Shown: piece by piece, positions 19,768 through 30,061 of the stretch
Layout of the letters: the number at the start of each line of letters is the position of its first letter
How positions within the stretch are numbered: the first letter of the stretch is position 1
Assembly: GCA_965140585.1 (NCBI GenBank)
Contig: OZ223269.1
Location: forward strand, 768,001 to 832,000
From: Spirochaetia bacterium
GTDB lineage: Bacteria > Spirochaetota > Spirochaetia > UBA9216
Direction of reading: 5' to 3'
DNA: 64,000 nt
Notes under the pieces: model-generated
What the model was told of the DNA's origin: nothing
Database searches by the model: none
The model's input: only the letters and a program-made list of their open reading frames with translations
Made by a program: the position numbers and the translations under genes

Positions 19768-20292
19768 ATGAAGACTCTGGTTGTATATTATTCGCATTCA
19801 AATAATAACCGTTTTATTGCTGAACAGATCTCAAAGAGATTAAAATGCAGTATTGATAAAATCAGACCCAGGGGTAATCTGCACCTGCTTCAGTTATTAT
19901 TCTCCGCTTCGCGAACCGGCTTCGGTATACATTCCTCAAAATATTCACCTGCTGATTTTGACAGGGTGATAATCTGCGGGCCTATCTGGATGGGAACCGT
20001 GGTTTATCCGGTATACAAATACATACAAAATAACCGTAAAAGTATTAAAAAACTGAATTTTGTTTCATGCTGCGGTTCAACAGAGGAACAGAAGGATTCA
20101 AAATTCGGTTATGAAACTGTTTTCAAAAAAATAGAAGAACTTATTGGAGATCGTTTTGAAGGGGCATATGCTCTGCCGATAGGAATACTTTCTCCGGAAA
20201 CTGAAAATGTTATGTAGCTTAGTCTTAATCAATCTAATTTTCAGGGTAAAATTTCCGACCACTTTGAAAAAATAGTTTCTTATATAGAATAG
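19768..20292 (+). pseudogene. Flavodoxin-family protein, possible premature TAG at 20215-20217
   Basis: VVYYSHSNNN, CGPIWMG; frame stays open for 24 more codons after TAG (LSLNQSNFQGKISDHFEKIVSYIE); an intact 149-aa gene is the alternative. Confidence 0.55.
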
Positions 20293-20393
20293 ATAAGATT
20301 ATAAGCAGCAATTGTTGTATATTTAAGAATAAATAAGCTTTCTGCAAAACTCGGTTAGTTTTGAAAATCATCATAATAACAGACAGGTTAAAT

Positions 20394-22318
20394 ATGAATA
20401 AAAGTATAAGGTCTAAAGTTTCCCTGATTATTCTGGTTTATATATTATTAACTGCAGCTTTTTCTATCTATATATATCGCATTGAGTATAAAAATAAAGA
20501 AGAGCAGCTTAATAACAGTCTTTACGCCGCTGCAAAGTCACTTGATATGATTATTGGTCCTGATTTTTTTGATAAATATGATTTTTATAACAGAATTTCT
20601 GCATCCGAATACGAAAAAATAACAAAAGTATTGAATAATTTTGCGGATTCACTGGGTCTTGAATATGTTTATGCCATGGTTCGTCAGAATAACACTATTT
20701 ATTTTGTAGTTAGTAATGAAACCGAAGATGATTTAATTCGTGGAACTCCAAGTATTTTCTATAATCCTTATCCTTTTCCGCCTAATGATCTTACAGATGC
20801 ATTTGACGAGGGAAAAGTTACATACAGGTATTATTCTGCATACAGAAATATTTGGAACAGTTATTATTCGATTTTTCTGCCCGGTATAAGTCCGGGAGGA
20901 AATAAGTACATGCTTGCTGCTGATATTAAACTTCAGGATCAGATCAGTATACTTCGAAGCAGTATTTATAAAGCTATTATTCTAATCATCATTTTTATGA
21001 TTCCGCTGATTCCTTTACTGTATATTCTAAAAAATGGAGCGGATCGAAGGGCCAGAGATCTTGAGAAACTTATCTATACGGATAAATTAACACATCTGCC
21101 CAATCGTGATGGATTTATCCGTGATACTGCTCCTGTAGAACAAGAGTGTATGTCTGTGATTATGATAGATATCGATTCCTTCAGGGACATTAATAATCTT
21201 TTCGGAGGAATTGTAGGAGATAGAGTCCTGCTCCGTATTTCTGATATCATCAATGAGATTTGTACTCCGAATTTCAAACTTTATAAATTTCCTGTAGACG
21301 AATTCATACTTCTGGCTAAAGACTGCATGGAACTTGAATTCATTATTCAGATTACGGAAAACATTATAAATACTATTTCAGATGAGAGTTTTGTAAATAT
21401 AGGGCAGCCTCTTGATTTAACCGTCACTGCAGGTATCGTATATCAGGAAACAATGTATATGGATCTTCTAAGTCATGCAAATATTGCAAAGAACAAAGCA
21501 AAGCATGAAAAGAAGGGTTGGATTCTTTATGATGATTCGATGAAGGTTGAGACAAATTACAACAATAATTTCAAAACTATAGGTTTTATAAAAGAAGCTA
21601 TTAAGGCAGACATGGTGGTTCCTTACTATCAGCCGATTAAAAATAATTACACGGATGAAATTGAAAAATATGAGGCCTTGATAGGAATCCAGAGAGAAAA
21701 CGGTGAAGTACTGCTTCCTGGGGGCTTTCTGGAGGTAGCCAGAAAAAGTAAACTATATAAAGAGCTCACTTTATGCATGATTAGGAAATCATTCAGGGAT
21801 TTTCAGGGATGGGAAAAACCATTTCATTGAATTTTAGTGCCCGTGATATTGAGGACGATTCTACAGTAGAATTCCTAATGAAATGCTGTAAAGATTACAA
21901 TATGCAGAATTATGTAATAATCGAACTGCTTGAATCAGAATCTATCATTCATTATGAAACAATTTTCCGAAATATCCAGCGGCTTAAAGAACATGGAATC
22001 AAGATAGCTATTGATGATTTCGGCAGCGGATATTCAAATTTCATTTATCTGTCTCAATTTCATGCTAATTATATAAAAATTGATGGTACTCTGATAAAAA
22101 AGCTGCTTACTGAAAAACATTCGGAGGCCATTATTACGGCAATATCGGCTTTTGCCCGGGATCTTGATATATCTTTAATTGCTGAATTTGTATCAAATGA
22201 AGAAGAAATAACACGTCTGAAAGAATTGAATGTAGAATTTTCTCAGGGTTTTTATATTGGAAAACCGAAGCCGTTCAAAGAGCTTAATATTAAAAGAAGT
22301 CCGAAAGTGAAAATTTAG
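20394..22318 (+). pseudogene. Membrane GGDEF(degenerate)-EAL protein, frameshifted near 21810-21826
   Basis: ORF1: TM sensor, DKLTHLPNR, PVDEF, YQPI, YEAL; overlapping ORF2 continues the EAL domain (SLNFS, IELLE, IAIDDFGSGYSNF, IKIDG, AEFV, QGF) in the -1 frame. Confidence 0.82.
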
Positions 22319-23283
22319 TTAGCTGTTATATCTGAATTGAGCCAGTTTAAAATTTCTTCAGAAATTGTTTCAATCGAACCTGAATTAATAAACAGTTTTG
22401 TATTTCTATCTCCATCGGATGAATACAGAAATTTGCTTTCAAGCAGGATATTTACATGTCTTGAAACTGTAGATTTAGCAAGCCCCATTTTAATTGTGAG
22501 CTCTTTCTGTGTCATAGGCTGCTTTGATAGCATAAATAATATTTCAAGTCTGGTCCGATCTGAAAGTGCGAATGCTTTTGTGCTTATTGAAATCGAACCT
22601 TTCAGACTGTAATCATTATCGCGAAAAGGCAGATCCATACATAAACTGAAAATACCTTCATCATGACAATCATCAATTACAAGGTGAGGGAAAGAGAAGA
22701 GGCTTAGCTTTATATAGAAAACATCAAGAACCTCAGAGTTGAAAGATGCACTGTACATTTTTTCCATTACTATCTGATTTCTTTTTATTGAAACTCTTGG
22801 ATTCAAACGTTTTACATAATCGGTGAATGCAAGTTTACTGTATAAGGATGTTTCATCTTTAATTGATGATTTAATTAAAATTTTATGCTCTTCAATAATA
22901 TCAATAAAAAAATTCCTGCAGTATGTTTCCAGAAAGAAAATCAGGCTTTCAGGTTTGATATCTTCCGGAAAACATTTCCAATTACTGTGGTCATTAATAA
23001 AACTGATAATCTGCTCAGAGCTGTCTATATTAAAATTAAGAAAAGTATACTGTTTAATATATTCGTCAAGATGAAGCCAACCGCCGATTTTGCTCTCAAT
23101 CAGTCTGAAAAGATCTTTTTCCTTTCTTGAAAAGCTTTTGTACACTTCTATTGCCCATACAGCGCTTGGACCGTGATGGCCCGGATCTGATATTACATCG
23201 AGTGACATGGCCATTTCGGAGATTGGATTATAGGTTATTTTTATCCTTTGTTGCAGATTTTTATAATCATTAATATATATCAT
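22315..23283 (-). CDS. Transcriptional regulator with C-terminal ArsR-type wHTH
   Basis: ALSDRTRLEIL...TQKEL...LAKSTVSRHVNIL. Confidence 0.82.
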   Translation of the reverse strand: MIYINDYKNLQQRIKITYNPISEMAMSLDVISDPGHHGPSAVWAIEVYKSFSRKEKDLFRLIESKIGGWLHLDEYIKQYTFLNFNIDSSEQIISFINDHSNWKCFPEDIKPESLIFFLETYCRNFFIDIIEEHKILIKSSIKDETSLYSKLAFTDYVKRLNPRVSIKRNQIVMEKMYSASFNSEVLDVFYIKLSLFSFPHLVIDDCHDEGIFSLCMDLPFRDNDYSLKGSISISTKAFALSDRTRLEILFMLSKQPMTQKELTIKMGLAKSTVSRHVNILLESKFLYSSDGDRNTKLFINSGSIETISEEILNWLNSDITAN

Positions 23284-23315
23284 GTTCGACCGCTGATTAT
23301 AAATCAGAGGATCCT

Positions 23316-24140
23316 TTATGTAAAGGTCAGGTTACCTTCAACTTTACCCCGGTATTCCGCATATCGGAGGATTAGAGATGAAGCGACCAGGTATATTACC
23401 GCAAGTATGGATAATGAGATCAGCTCTCTGTATATGAAGCTTATATCTATCACTGGTGAGTAAGCTGTTCTTAAAAGTTTTGCACAATGAGAAAGCGGGT
23501 ATGCAAGTGCTGCAAAAGATAAGGCCCAAGGCAGAGCTTTGACAGGAAAACGTATTCCCGACAAAAACTCGGACGGTGTTTCAACGAGTGCATAAACCAG
23601 CCGCATGTTTCTGCCTGTCAAAAAGATCGCACAGACGAGACTGCCCCAGGGAAGGCTAAGTATAAAAATCAGAATAGATAAAATGAGAAAAAGGAGAATA
23701 TTCGGAGGCTGAACCCTGAATACTATATGAGCTGAGATTAGAAAACCTGCGTATGAAGCCATAAAGGAAGGCAGTACTCCCGCGGTATTGGAAATAAGCC
23801 AGAGAGTTCTGTTTACCGGTGAAATATAAATTGGTTCAAGTATGCCGTAATCTCTCTGTCCGCCCATTGCTGCTCCTGTATTTATATACTCGTTAAATAG
23901 GGAAAGCACGAGAATACCGGGAATAATATAGCTCATTATCTTAAAGAATCCGCTGTCAAAAGAAGCCGGCATCTCAGTACCTTCAAAAAGCGGTGAGTAA
24001 AACAGATAGTAAATAAGGCAGTTCAGGAGCGGCCATGATATCTGCTGCATAAGAAAAAAAAGTTTATTGAAATGCTGTGATTTAAATACTTTTAAGCTCT
24101 GCCAGTATATGAAATTAATTATTATCATTATTTTCTCCAT
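23316..24140 (-). CDS. ABC-2 type exporter permease
   Basis: Several TM helices; RDYGILEPIYISP; LSGIRFPVKALP. Confidence 0.85.
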   Translation of the reverse strand: MEKIMIIINFIYWQSLKVFKSQHFNKLFFLMQQISWPLLNCLIYYLFYSPLFEGTEMPASFDSGFFKIMSYIIPGILVLSLFNEYINTGAAMGGQRDYGILEPIYISPVNRTLWLISNTAGVLPSFMASYAGFLISAHIVFRVQPPNILLFLILSILIFILSLPWGSLVCAIFLTGRNMRLVYALVETPSEFLSGIRFPVKALPWALSFAALAYPLSHCAKLLRTAYSPVIDISFIYRELISLSILAVIYLVASSLILRYAEYRGKVEGNLTFT

Positions 24141-25084
24141 TCAGCAGGCTGACAGTTTTATTATCGCATCTTCAAGCGATGGAAGTCTCTGCGTATATTC
24201 CAATCCGGTAGTTCCATCAAAATCAATATTTTTTAATAAATGATATCCGTCTTTTTTGTCCAGGGTGATAATAAATTTACCGCCTGAATTAATCACGGAT
24301 GATTCATCTAATTTTATAAGGCTATTTATTTTATTTAGAAGCCGGTGGTCGGAAAAACTGAAATGATGCTTCTCCTTTAAATCGGTCAAATTATAAAGCT
24401 CGCTGTATGTTCCGTTGAATATGAGGCGGCCTTGCTGCAGTATTCCTACATTTTTACATATTTGTTCAATTTCCGACATATAGTGGCTTGTAAGTATTAC
24501 TGTCCTTTCTCATCAGAAAGCAGAATTTCCTTAATGAAATTTCGAATTTCTCCAGCTATTGCCACATCAAGCCCAAGTGTAGGTTCATCAAGCAGTAGAT
24601 ATCTTGGATTATTTATCAGGCCTCTGGCAATTGTAAGTCTCTGTTTCATCCCTCTTGAATAGGTTTCAACTCTCTTGTCTGCCTTGTTTTCAAGTCCAGT
24701 GAGTGAAAGAAGTTCATTAACACGTTTTTTAGATTCACGGTAGGACATCCCGTACAGTGATGAAAAATAGAATAGATTTTCTTTGCCTGTAAGGCGGAAA
24801 TACAGCATACGGTCACTGCCTGTAATCATATTTATCTGAGACCTCAGAATTTTTTCATTTTGAACAGTATCAAGCTCATCGAGTTGGATAGACCCTAAAC
24901 TTGGTCGAAGCAATGTGGCAATCATTTTTAGAGTTGTTGTTTTACCTGCACCGTTAATACCAAGAAGGCCGTATGCTCCTGCGGGTATTTTCAAATCTAT
25001 TTTTTGTACTCCGGTACTATATTCAGATTTTCTGAAAACTTTTCCTGTTTTATAAATTTTGGATACATTATCATTTGTGATCAT
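24141..25084 (-). pseudogene. ABC exporter ATPase, frameshifted near 24503-24510
   Basis: GINGAGKTT, YSRGMKQR, LLDEPT; the H-loop TVILTSHYMSE continues in the -1 frame into ORF 24141..24479. Confidence 0.85.
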
Positions 25085-25093
25085 GCAATTCTC

Positions 25094-25888
25094 CTAAGAC
25101 AGATAATTTTCGAGGGCTGTACGCTCAACAAGCGGAAGCAGCAGGTAACCTGCTGTTATAAGAATTATGGCTGGGAGCAAATTTATTAGATATTCACTGA
25201 AACTGCCCATACTGTACGCTGTAAATAAGCCGGTTCGAACAAGTTTAACTCCGTAATTTACAGGTATCAACCTGCTGAAAAGCAATAATGGAGGTGGCAG
25301 TGATTCGACTGTGAACAGATAACCGCCGCTCAGGAGCATTAGAGGAAGCAGGGTATTCTGAATTATGAATGTGTCACGAAACGTGATCATTAAAATACTT
25401 GTTATTAATGCAAGACCATGAAGTGTAAACAATATCTGTAATAACCCCAGTAAGACAGTACATATATTAACGTTATATCCGATACCGGCAAAAGCGGAGA
25501 TAACCGAAGCAATCATAAAATCAATTATGGACAGTGATAACTGATGCAGCTGGTTTCCAATGTAATACTGTTGACGTTTGAAAGGAATTATCAGAATACA
25601 CTCTAGAGTACCTTCCCGGCGTTCAGTCATAAGAGTTCTGCTCACATTTAATAGAATTCCCTGGGTTGTGCCGTATAATGCAGATCCGATGATAATAAAA
25701 CCTCTATAGTCACTGATTCCTGAATCTCTGATGAATGAAGATGAAACGGATCCGCTGTTAAGACGGAACAGTATAAATGCAGTTGCGACTGTAAAGAGAA
25801 TAAATGTGAGCCTGCTTATGAAAAAGTCGGTATATTCGCCTCTAAGTGCTGAGATGAGATTTTTTTTAAAGACATTAAATATAATCAT
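25094..25888 (-). CDS. ABC-2 type exporter permease
   Basis: ERREGTLE, LSGGYLFTVESLP, multiple TM helices. Confidence 0.85.
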   Translation of the reverse strand: MIIFNVFKKNLISALRGEYTDFFISRLTFILFTVATAFILFRLNSGSVSSSFIRDSGISDYRGFIIIGSALYGTTQGILLNVSRTLMTERREGTLECILIIPFKRQQYYIGNQLHQLSLSIIDFMIASVISAFAGIGYNVNICTVLLGLLQILFTLHGLALITSILMITFRDTFIIQNTLLPLMLLSGGYLFTVESLPPPLLLFSRLIPVNYGVKLVRTGLFTAYSMGSFSEYLINLLPAIILITAGYLLLPLVERTALENYLS

Positions 25889-25898
25889 AAAAATCCTG

Positions 25899-25949
25899 AA
25901 GTACGTAAAATAACGAACTTAAAGTAAAACAAAATTTCAAAAATGTCAA
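25899..25949 (-). promoter_or_regulatory. sigma70 promoter plus candidate operator of ABC exporter operon
   Basis: Minus strand TTGACA-N17-TACTTT (25949-25921), followed by near-palindrome AAGTACGT-N6-ACGAACTT (25899-25920). Confidence 0.6.
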
Positions 25950-25993
25950 ATTTATTTAGAGTTTTAATGTCTCAGTGTTTATACTAAATACAT

Positions 25994-27226
25994 ATGGAGA
26001 AATTTAAGAACAATTTCAATGAGCCGGATTTGCGTAATAATAAACTTGAGCTCATAAGGTTATCACCAATGGTTGAAGATGCCCTGGTCAGGAGCTCATT
26101 TTTTCTAACATTCCCGGCCTTGCTCGAAGATTTTTATGAGAAAGAAACCGGTGACCGTACAAATAAACATTTTTTTAAGTCGGGTTTTCTGGCATTATTT
26201 GTTTATAATCTTTTTATAGTCACCGACTATTTTATGATTCCCGATCTATTAAAAACTGCAATAATTATGAGAACCTGCATTGTAACTCCGGTTATCATTT
26301 TTACTATGATTCTGGTTAAAAGAAATCCGAAGCCATTCGTCAGGGAATTTGTCGAATCGGTTGTAGTCTTTATTGTGGGATTGAGCTTGATTTTTATCCT
26401 TATACTAAGTAACTCTGAAAATGCAGGGGCATATCATCCCGGAGTAACTTTGATACTGATATTTTCCAACCTTTTTGTAAGAATCAAGTTCAGATACAGT
26501 TTTTTTGGAACCATATTTTTGTTTCTTATTTATCTGCTGTGTACTCCTTTTTTCTATCTTATAAAAACTCCAATCATGGTAAATAATTTAATTTTTCTAT
26601 TTTCAACAGGCCTATTCACTTTAATCAGCAGTTATACAACTGAAAAATATCTTCGAAAAAATTACCTGCTGATTTTGAGAGAACGAATACAAACCATTAA
26701 TCTGAATGAAATCAACACTGAGCTGGTTATGCTGTCCCAAATAGATGCCTTAACCGGACTGCCGAACAGAAGGCAGATCGATGAATATATTGATAAACTC
26801 AAGAGAAGCGGGATAGAAGAAAATATTGCAGTAATTCTTATGGATTTGGATAATTTCAAAGCTTATAATGATTACTATGGTCATCAGGCCGGAGACGAAT
26901 GTTTGCGTATGATATCTGAATCCCTGAAATCAATAACCAGAAGTAAGGGCGATCTTGTTGCAAGATATGGCGGTGAGGAATTCCTACTGATTCTTTTATC
27001 AACTGATAATAAGGCGGCTTTGAATGTCAGCGGCAGAATTACTAAGGCTGTATATGATCTGGGAATACCGAATGAAAAGTCAGAAGAATACGGAGTTGTA
27101 ACTATAAGCGGCGGACTTGCAGTCAGCCGCAGAAATGATGATATTGAAAATCTAATAAAAAAAGCTGATGAAGCTTTGTATAAGGCTAAAAAAGCAGGAA
27201 AAAACAGAATAGCGATATCAGGTTAG
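25994..27226 (+). CDS. Membrane-bound diguanylate cyclase
   Basis: Multi-TM N-domain; DALTGLPNR, DLDNFKAYND, RYGGEEF, ADEALYKAK. Confidence 0.92.
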   Translation: MEKFKNNFNEPDLRNNKLELIRLSPMVEDALVRSSFFLTFPALLEDFYEKETGDRTNKHFFKSGFLALFVYNLFIVTDYFMIPDLLKTAIIMRTCIVTPVIIFTMILVKRNPKPFVREFVESVVVFIVGLSLIFILILSNSENAGAYHPGVTLILIFSNLFVRIKFRYSFFGTIFLFLIYLLCTPFFYLIKTPIMVNNLIFLFSTGLFTLISSYTTEKYLRKNYLLILRERIQTINLNEINTELVMLSQIDALTGLPNRRQIDEYIDKLKRSGIEENIAVILMDLDNFKAYNDYYGHQAGDECLRMISESLKSITRSKGDLVARYGGEEFLLILLSTDNKAALNVSGRITKAVYDLGIPNEKSEEYGVVTISGGLAVSRRNDDIENLIKKADEALYKAKKAGKNRIAISG

Positions 27227-27228
27227 TT

Positions 27229-28281
27229 TTAAAGATGAAGGCTGTGAGCCTTGAAAAGACAGTAAATATAATCATCTGTCTGAAGATTCAGACGCTTGAA
27301 TGATTCTCTTGTCAACTTGGTTATCAGCTGGATTCCTGCATCAATTATACAGATATTAGCGTTATCAGTGCTGTAAATATTTGTGATCTTTCCCGGTATC
27401 TGATTTTGTATTGAAATATCATGATTATATTTTTTAGAGAGTGCAATTTCATCCGGCTGAATTGTAAGTGTAAATTTTCCTCCCGGTGAAACTGCTGATT
27501 TAATATCATAATTATGAATTTCTTTTATTCGGCAGCTGTATAATCCTTCACAGATTTTTTCAGAAGAGTCTATGTCGATTGTATTTATTAAATCTTCCTT
27601 TGAGGCAATTCCTTTGTCCTGCGACAGTACATCAATAATGTTGCCGAAACCTTTGCATCTTCCGTCTTCAATAAGATAGACTTCATCTGTCATACGCTGA
27701 ATATCGGGCAAATCGTGGCTTATAAGCAGCATTTGTATCTTAAGAACATCACGTATACGTTTAAGATACGGCAGCATGCTTGTTCTAAGGTCGGAATCTA
27801 CTGCATTAAATGGTTCATCAAGAAGTAGTATCTCAGGCATTGTATAAAGTGCCCTTGCAATAGCCGTTCTCTGCTGTTCACCTCCTGAAACCTGTGAGGG
27901 ATAAGAGTATGAAATTTTTTCAAGTTCAAACAATTCTATTAGTTCGTTTATGTTCAGATTATCTTCACGGTTGTATTTTTTACTGAAAAGAATATTCTCT
28001 TTTATATTTAGATGGGGAAAAAGAAGCTTTTCCTGAAAAACTACACCAATTTTTCGTTTATACGGCGGTATAAAAATATGTCTTTCAATATCCGTCACCG
28101 GTCTGCCGTTTATTGTGATAAATCCTGAATCGGGCTTTATTAAACCGGATATAAGATTAAACAGTGTTGTTTTTCCAGCACCTGACGGTCCGAAAATCCC
28201 GGTGGTTTTATTGTTTATCTGAGCTTTTAAATCGACTGAGAAATTTTTCCTGTTTAATTTCAGATTAAAGCAGATACTCAT
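27229..28281 (-). CDS. modC: Molybdate ABC transporter ATPase
   Basis: GPSGAGKT, VSGGEQQR, LLDEP, C-terminal TOBE (SIQNQIPG). Confidence 0.93.
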   Translation of the reverse strand: MSICFNLKLNRKNFSVDLKAQINNKTTGIFGPSGAGKTTLFNLISGLIKPDSGFITINGRPVTDIERHIFIPPYKRKIGVVFQEKLLFPHLNIKENILFSKKYNREDNLNINELIELFELEKISYSYPSQVSGGEQQRTAIARALYTMPEILLLDEPFNAVDSDLRTSMLPYLKRIRDVLKIQMLLISHDLPDIQRMTDEVYLIEDGRCKGFGNIIDVLSQDKGIASKEDLINTIDIDSSEKICEGLYSCRIKEIHNYDIKSAVSPGGKFTLTIQPDEIALSKKYNHDISIQNQIPGKITNIYSTDNANICIIDAGIQLITKLTRESFKRLNLQTDDYIYCLFKAHSLHL

Positions 28282-28970
28282 TTTTGTTCTTCCCCGTTCT
28301 TCAGATTATTTTTTACAAAATATGAGGATAAAATTACAGCTATCAGTGATATTCCCGCAGATATCGACACTAATACTACTGCTTCTCTTTCTTTGCCTGG
28401 TATCTGAAGCATGGAATAAACGGCAAGAGGAATAGTTCTTGATACACCTTCAATATTTCCTGCAAAGGTTATAGTTGCTCCGAATTCACCAAGACTGCGG
28501 GCAAATGCCAGAACGACTCCGCTGATAATTCCGGGTTTCATAAGAGGAAGAGTAACTCTAAAGAATACGGAAAGCTTTCCCGCCCCTAGAGTAAATGCAG
28601 CTTTTTCAAACATCGGATTAATCATTTCAATCGAGACTTTCAAACTTCGAAGAAGAAGAGGAAATGAGACAATCATCGCTGATAGAACTGCTGCAAGAGT
28701 TGTAAAAGCTATTCGTATTCCAAAGAAGCTGTATATATAACTTCCGATAAGTCCATTCTTTCCAAGTATTAAAAGTAAAAGAAAACCGGTAGTAACCGGG
28801 GGCATAACAAGTGGTAAATTGAAAATTCCTTCAATAATTGAGCTTCCTTTTATTCTGTATCTATGCAGCAGATAAACTACAATAAGGGAAGGCGGGAGAT
28901 TGGCTGCTGTTGCCAGCAGCCCAATCTTCAAAGAAAGGAAAACACAGGTAAGGATCTCAGTGGAAGTCAT
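28278..28970 (-). CDS. modB: Molybdate ABC transporter permease
   Basis: LPLVMPPVTTG, FARSLGEFGAT, TIPLAVY. Confidence 0.95.
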   Translation of the reverse strand: MTSTEILTCVFLSLKIGLLATAANLPPSLIVVYLLHRYRIKGSSIIEGIFNLPLVMPPVTTGFLLLLILGKNGLIGSYIYSFFGIRIAFTTLAAVLSAMIVSFPLLLRSLKVSIEMINPMFEKAAFTLGAGKLSVFFRVTLPLMKPGIISGVVLAFARSLGEFGATITFAGNIEGVSRTIPLAVYSMLQIPGKEREAVVLVSISAGISLIAVILSSYFVKNNLKNGEEQK

Positions 28971-28976
28971 TGCCTT

Positions 28977-29747
28977 CTAACCATGGAAGGTAAATCCATA
29001 TTTGTTGTATATGTTTTTTACATCTTCATCCTGCAGCATAAAGTTGTAGAATTTCTGTGTTATTTCATCATCAGTCAAAGCTGATATGAAATAAACGATT
29101 GGTATATGTGATTCATCCGGAAATACCGAAATGATTTTAACCTTATTTGATTTTTCCGCATCAGTGCGGTAAACAATTCCAAATTCACATTCTCCAAGTT
29201 CAACAACCATTAATGCTGCACGAACATCTGCTGCGGGCTGTATTCTCTCTGAAAGAACTGATTTCCAGTTAAAGTAATCAAGAGCCTGCTCTGCGTACAT
29301 CCCTGCCGGAACATGAGCCGGATCTCCGATGGATAAACGCCCCTTAAATAGTTCAGGTAAATCTGCATCAACATTAAGTGTGAAGGAGGTGGCAGTACTT
29401 TCCTCCGGTGCAATTAGTACAAGGTCATTAACAAGTAATGATGCTGTCTTAACTGGATATCCGGTATCAATTACATAAGTCATCCATTTCTCGGAGGCTG
29501 ATATATATATATTGGCGTTGGCTCCTTCAGTAATCTGCCTGGCAAGAGTACCGCTTGAAGCAGGATTGGATCTAACAAGAATTCCGGTTTTATCATAAAA
29601 GATTTTACCAGCATCATTAACTAAATCTGTTGTGCTTGCTGCATTAAAAACGATCAGTTCTGTGTCTTCATTCTCCGGAGTCCCGGTAGCAAACAAATTG
29701 ATGCTGATTATCATAAATACAAGTAAAAGATAAATCCTGTTAACCAA
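28977..29747 (-). CDS. modA: Molybdate-binding periplasmic protein
   Basis: AAST, ASSGTLARQI, GDPAHVPAG, GIVYRTDA; TTG start with AAGGAG. Confidence 0.93.
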   Translation of the reverse strand: MVNRIYLLLVFMIISINLFATGTPENEDTELIVFNAASTTDLVNDAGKIFYDKTGILVRSNPASSGTLARQITEGANANIYISASEKWMTYVIDTGYPVKTASLLVNDLVLIAPEESTATSFTLNVDADLPELFKGRLSIGDPAHVPAGMYAEQALDYFNWKSVLSERIQPAADVRAALMVVELGECEFGIVYRTDAEKSNKVKIISVFPDESHIPIVYFISALTDDEITQKFYNFMLQDEDVKNIYNKYGFTFHG

Positions 29748-29780
29748 ATATCCGCTCCTTTAATTTCTCAATTATCCTTC

Positions 29781-29797
29781 AGCATAAAACATGCCAA
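29781..29797 (-). promoter_or_regulatory. sigma54 promoter of modABC
   Basis: Minus strand TTGGCATG-TTTT-ATGCT (GG-N10-GC). Confidence 0.8.
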
Positions 29798-29893
29798 GTC
29801 TATTTTTAGAGGTGATATTGGATGATATAACTGAAAAATATCGATTTCCTTCTTATATAAGTAATGATTAAAAATTTTGATTTAAATATTGCC

Positions 29894-29940
29894 CTACAAA
29901 ACAGTAGTTTACATATCCGCAACCTACAAAAGTGTAGGTT
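29894..29940. promoter_or_regulatory. Tandem TAC-N6-GTA enhancer sites (AnfA-type UAS)
   Basis: CTAC-AAAACA-GTAG (29894-29907) and AACCTAC-AAAAGT-GTAGGTT (29921-29940). Confidence 0.75.
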
Positions 29941-30034
29941 TTTTTTAATCTGAAAATATAAAATTTATTATTTTTATACCAAAAAAGGCTGTTTTACCCC
30001 TAATTACTATCAATTTGAATGACATAAGATAATA

Positions 30035-30050
30035 TGGCTCAATTCTTGCT
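30035..30050 (+). promoter_or_regulatory. sigma54 promoter of nifV-activator operon
   Basis: TGGCTCA-ATTC-TTGCT (GG-N10-GC). Confidence 0.75.
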
Positions 30051-30061
30051 TTTAAAACGAT

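Noticed and set aside
18256-20217. Amber recoding or pyrrolysine explaining two in-frame TAGs
   Set aside because: TAG ends normal genes here (nifD, nifN, gcvH, trmB); no pyl genes in the window; both TAGs are one substitution from plausible sense codons
24497-24515. Programmed -1 ribosomal frameshift in the ABC ATPase
   Set aside because: No in-frame X-XXY-YYZ heptamer or obvious stimulator; a one-base deletion is simpler
17741-27226. Prophage, ICE or IS at tRNA-Asn
   Set aside because: No integrase, transposase or phage gene, and no duplicate of the tRNA 3' end was seen
29800-29880. ModE box upstream of modA
   Set aside because: Only fragments (ATCGAT, TATATA) without the ATCG-n-TATATA-N6-TATATA-n-CGAT spacing
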